Below, piece after piece: positions 61,245 to 64,000 of a stretch of DNA of 64,000 nt. The notes below the pieces were generated by a model. The model had not been told where the DNA came from and made no database searches. It saw only the letters and a program-made list of their open reading frames with translations. Both the position numbers and the translations under genes were made by a program. The stretch comes from an uncultured Woeseiaceae bacterium (GTDB taxonomy: Bacteria > Pseudomonadota > Gammaproteobacteria > Steroidobacterales > Woeseiaceae), in NCBI GenBank assembly GCA_964528965.1, contig CAZGVL010000006.1:10265-74264 (forward strand), read 5' to 3'. Within the stretch, counting starts at the first letter, position 1; every line of letters starts with the position of its first letter.

Positions 61245-62498
61245 TTGGATTCGATAGAAGTAGTTGGCGGCAATACGCTCAGCGGCTCAGTTGCTGCCAG
61301 CGGTTCGAAAAACGCGGCGCTGCCGATTCTGTTCGCCACTCTGCTGGCAGACGGTGTTCACAGGTTCGAAAATGTCCCGCAATTACGCGATATTGATTCA
61401 ACCGAAGCGCTGCTCAGGGCCCTGAACTGCGAGACCGTTCGTGATGGCAACTCCATGCAGGTTACCGTGGCGCGGCCGAATAAAATGGAAGCGCATTATG
61501 ATCTGGTTCGCAAAATGCGTGCGAGCATTCTCTGCCTCGGTCCGCTGCTGGCGCGCTACGGCGAAGCCAGAGTGAGTCTCCCCGGCGGTTGTGCTATTGG
61601 CTCGCGACCGATCGACCTGCACGTGCAGACCATGCAGAAATTGGGTGCCGAAATTGAGATTGAGAGCGGCTATGTCATCGCCAGAGCAAAAAGACTGCAG
61701 GGCGATCGAATCCTGTTTGAACGTGTAACCGTCGGCGGCACGGAAAACGCACTCATGGCAGCCGTGCTGGCCGAAGGTACAACGGTGATTGAGAATGCTG
61801 CCAAAGAGCCAGAAGTTGTCGATCTCGTGCACTACTTACAGGCAATGGGCGCGAAAATCGAAGGCGAGGGAACCAGCGTCATAACAATAGAGGGCGTTAC
61901 CGAGCTGTCGCCGGCCAGTCACACTATTGTGCCGGATCGAATCGAGGCCGGAACGTTGCTTATTGCGGGCGCCATGACCGGCGGCCGTGTAACGGTTGAT
62001 CATTGCGTGCCAATACATCTGCAGGCATTGACCGACAAGATGCGTGACTGCGGCTTCACTATCCACACGGACGATACTTCCATCACCGTCGAGGCCATCG
62101 ACGAGTGGACCAGCACGGACATGGCAACGGCACCGTATCCAGCCTTTCCGACCGACCTGCAGGCGCAGTTTATGGTGCTCATGACGCAGGCGCGCGGCAC
62201 CTCTGTCATTACGGAAGGGATCTTCGAGAACCGGTTCATGCACGTACAGGAACTCGTACGTCTGGGCGCAAATATCACACCAATGTCCCAGGTTTCCATT
62301 GTGCGTGGTAACCCCGGAGAGTTGAGCGGTGCCAAGGTTATGGCAACGGATCTGCGGGCGAGCGCCTGCCTGATTCTTGCGGGCCTTGCAGCTAGCGGCA
62401 CGACGCTCGTCGGCCGTATTTATCATCTGGATCGCGGCTACGAATTTCTTGAGCAGAAGCTGGCGAGTCTGGGCGCTGACATCAAGCGCGTCGCCTGA
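61245..62498 (+). CDS. murA: UDP-N-acetylglucosamine 1-carboxyvinyltransferase
   Basis: 417 aa with a TTG start and GGAGAG 6 nt upstream. GSKNAALPILFATLLA, VSLPGGCAIGSRPIDLH (active-site Cys), FENRFMHVQEL and MATDLRASACLILAGLAA align with E. coli MurA throughout. Confidence 0.95.
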   Translation: MDSIEVVGGNTLSGSVAASGSKNAALPILFATLLADGVHRFENVPQLRDIDSTEALLRALNCETVRDGNSMQVTVARPNKMEAHYDLVRKMRASILCLGPLLARYGEARVSLPGGCAIGSRPIDLHVQTMQKLGAEIEIESGYVIARAKRLQGDRILFERVTVGGTENALMAAVLAEGTTVIENAAKEPEVVDLVHYLQAMGAKIEGEGTSVITIEGVTELSPASHTIVPDRIEAGTLLIAGAMTGGRVTVDHCVPIHLQALTDKMRDCGFTIHTDDTSITVEAIDEWTSTDMATAPYPAFPTDLQAQFMVLMTQARGTSVITEGIFENRFMHVQELVRLGANITPMSQVSIVRGNPGELSGAKVMATDLRASACLILAGLAASGTTLVGRIYHLDRGYEFLEQKLASLGADIKRVA

Positions 62499-62639
62499 TA
62501 CCGAGCAGCGCTTGTCTCCAGGTCCGTTTGCGGGCTAAAAACGCGTAAAAATCTGCGTCCGGGCGGGATTTTCTCGCCGGGGACCTTATAATGGCGCCCC
62601 CGTTGGCCGCCGGCCGCAACCGATACGAGCGATGAAAGT

Positions 62640-64000
62640 ATGAGTTCTGCGAAAATTATCTACACTAAAACAGACGAGGCGCCCGCTCTGGCGACCTATT
62701 CACTCTTACCCATCGTCAATGCGTTTACCGAAGCCGCCGATATAGCGGTCGAAACGCGCGACATTTCTCTGGCAGGCCGAATTCTTGCCGGGTTCCCGGA
62801 AAAGCTGACGGCTGAGCAGCGCCATAGTGACTCGCTCGCGGAACTGGGTGATCTGGCTAAGACGCCTGACGCCAACATCATCAAATTGCCGAACATCAGC
62901 GCGTCGATTCCTCAGCTACGGGCTGCAATTGAAGAATTGCAGGCGCAGGGCTTCGCTATTCCAGACTTTCCCGACGACCCGACGAGCGACGCAGACAAGG
63001 AAACGCAGAGCCGTTATTCCAAAGTTCTGGGCAGTGCGGTCAACCCGGTGCTGCGAGAAGGCAATTCCGATCGTCGCGTGGCAGCGGCAGTAAAGGCATT
63101 TGCGAAAGCGAATCCACACTCAATGGGCGCCTGGAGCTCGGAGTCGAAATCGAAAGTGTCGCACATGAGCGAGGGTGATTTTTATTCGAGCGAACTCTCG
63201 ACCATTATTGAGCAGGCCGGCGGTCTTCGCATCGAACACGAAGCAGCTGACGGCACAGTAACAGTGCTGCGTGATCAGGTTCCCGTGCTTGCCAATGAAA
63301 TCATCGATGCATCCGTGATGAGTTGCCGATCGCTGCGAGATTTCTTCGGTGCACAGATCGATTCGATGCAGGGTGACGATGTCTTGTTGTCGCTGCATCT
63401 TAAGGCCACGATGATGAAGATCTCCGATCCGATCATGTTCGGTCATGCTGTCACCGTTTATTACAAGAGCGTATTCGAAAAGCATGCGGACCTGTTTGCA
63501 GAGATGGGTGTTGATCCCGGCAACGGCATTGGCGACGTCTATGCGAAGATCGCTGCTCTTCCGGATGGAAAGAGCAGCGATATTCAGGCTGATATCGAGG
63601 CCACCTATGCCAATCGGCCACCGTTGGCGATGGTGAATTCAGACAAGGGCATTACGAATCTGCACGTGCCCAGCGACGTTATTATTGACGCATCAATGCC
63701 GGCGGCCATTCGCTCTTCGGGACAGATGTGGGGCCCTGATGGCGAGCTACACGATACCAATGCACTCGTTCCTGATCGCTGTTATGCCGGTATTTATCAA
63801 GAGGTCATCGAACACTGCAAACGGCATGGCGCATTTGATGTAACGACTATGGGTAATGTCTGCAACGTCGGATTAATGGCGCAAAAGGCAGAAGAATACG
63901 GTTCTCACGATAAGACGTTTGAAATTCCGGCGGCAGGTACGGTAAGCGTCGTGGATGACTCAGGCAACGTATTACTACAACACAATGTAGAGCAAGGTGA
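62640..64000 (+). CDS. icd: Monomeric NADP-dependent isocitrate dehydrogenase. 5' part only; the gene runs off the right edge.
   Basis: Absent from the ORF track because there is no stop in the window. [49 protein letters not shown]...[26 protein letters not shown]...[16 protein letters not shown] matches the Azotobacter-type monomeric IDH N-terminus. Confidence 0.9.
   Translation, partial: MSSAKIIYTKTDEAPALATYSLLPIVNAFTEAADIAVETRDISLAGRILAGFPEKLTAEQRHSDSLAELGDLAKTPDANIIKLPNISASIPQLRAAIEELQAQGFAIPDFPDDPTSDADKETQSRYSKVLGSAVNPVLREGNSDRRVAAAVKAFAKANPHSMGAWSSESKSKVSHMSEGDFYSSELSTIIEQAGGLRIEHEAADGTVTVLRDQVPVLANEIIDASVMSCRSLRDFFGAQIDSMQGDDVLLSLHLKATMMKISDPIMFGHAVTVYYKSVFEKHADLFAEMGVDPGNGIGDVYAKIAALPDGKSSDIQADIEATYANRPPLAMVNSDKGITNLHVPSDVIIDASMPAAIRSSGQMWGPDGELHDTNALVPDRCYAGIYQEVIEHCKRHGAFDVTTMGNVCNVGLMAQKAEEYGSHDKTFEIPAAGTVSVVDDSGNVLLQHNVEQG

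Noticed and set aside
61836-62426. 196-aa minus-strand ORF, with nested 133-aa and 144-aa ORFs
   Set aside because: They lie inside murA, which aligns end-to-end with E. coli MurA on the + strand.
62587-62592. Perfect TATAAT hexamer 48 nt upstream of icd
   Set aside because: No acceptable -35 (TTGACA-like) lies at 16-18 bp, only GC-rich sequence. A lone hexamer is insufficient to call a promoter.
1-64000. Possibility that the window is a mobile, defence or prophage island
   Set aside because: I saw no integrase, transposase, recombinase, tRNA attachment site, flanking direct repeats, CRISPR repeats, restriction-modification, toxin-antitoxin or phage structural genes. Core genes (greB, rdgC, murA, icd) are interspersed throughout.

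Overview
This is a 64-kb chromosomal window from a Gram-negative genome. NhaR-like, GreB, RdgC, CpxRA plus a CpxP-like gene, AmiD, an RhtA-like exporter and a monomeric Icd point to a gammaproteobacterium; the many exported hydrolases, a TonB-dependent receptor and a GlyGly-CTERM protein suggest an aquatic heterotroph. The taxon is inference only. Coding density is high, with about 52 protein genes. I saw no rRNA, tRNA, CRISPR array, transposase, integrase, phage gene or recognisable defence/toxin-antitoxin module.

The left ~34 kb holds housekeeping and envelope genes:
- secreted M61, M28 and metzincin peptidases;
- beta-barrel outer-membrane proteins;
- a co-directional K+ channel / AI-2E / OMF / HlyD / DUF2955 cluster;
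- a Cpx-like envelope-stress module;
- two orphan solute-binding proteins;
- an AmpG-family permease with a double zinc-ribbon tail;
- one decayed gene.

The right ~28 kb (about 34.5-62.5 kb) is the most interesting part. It is a tight cluster holding essentially every activity needed to dismantle peptidoglycan:
- Predicted periplasmic: AmiD amidase, a DUF1343/NamZ-type exo-muramidase, a Tat-signal LdcA, a YkfC-type NlpC/P60 endopeptidase and two SxxK serine hydrolases.
- Cytoplasmic: L-Ala-D/L-Glu epimerase, alanine racemase, DAP decarboxylase, MurQ and a BadF-type sugar kinase.
- Carriers and regulation: AmpG, SSS and NhaC-family transporters, a MurR/RpiR regulator and an Oar-type TonB-dependent receptor.

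I interpret this as a PUL-like, TonB-dependent locus for scavenging exogenous cell-wall material. That reading is a hypothesis. All family calls rest on motifs read by eye and recalled homologues; no database search was possible.
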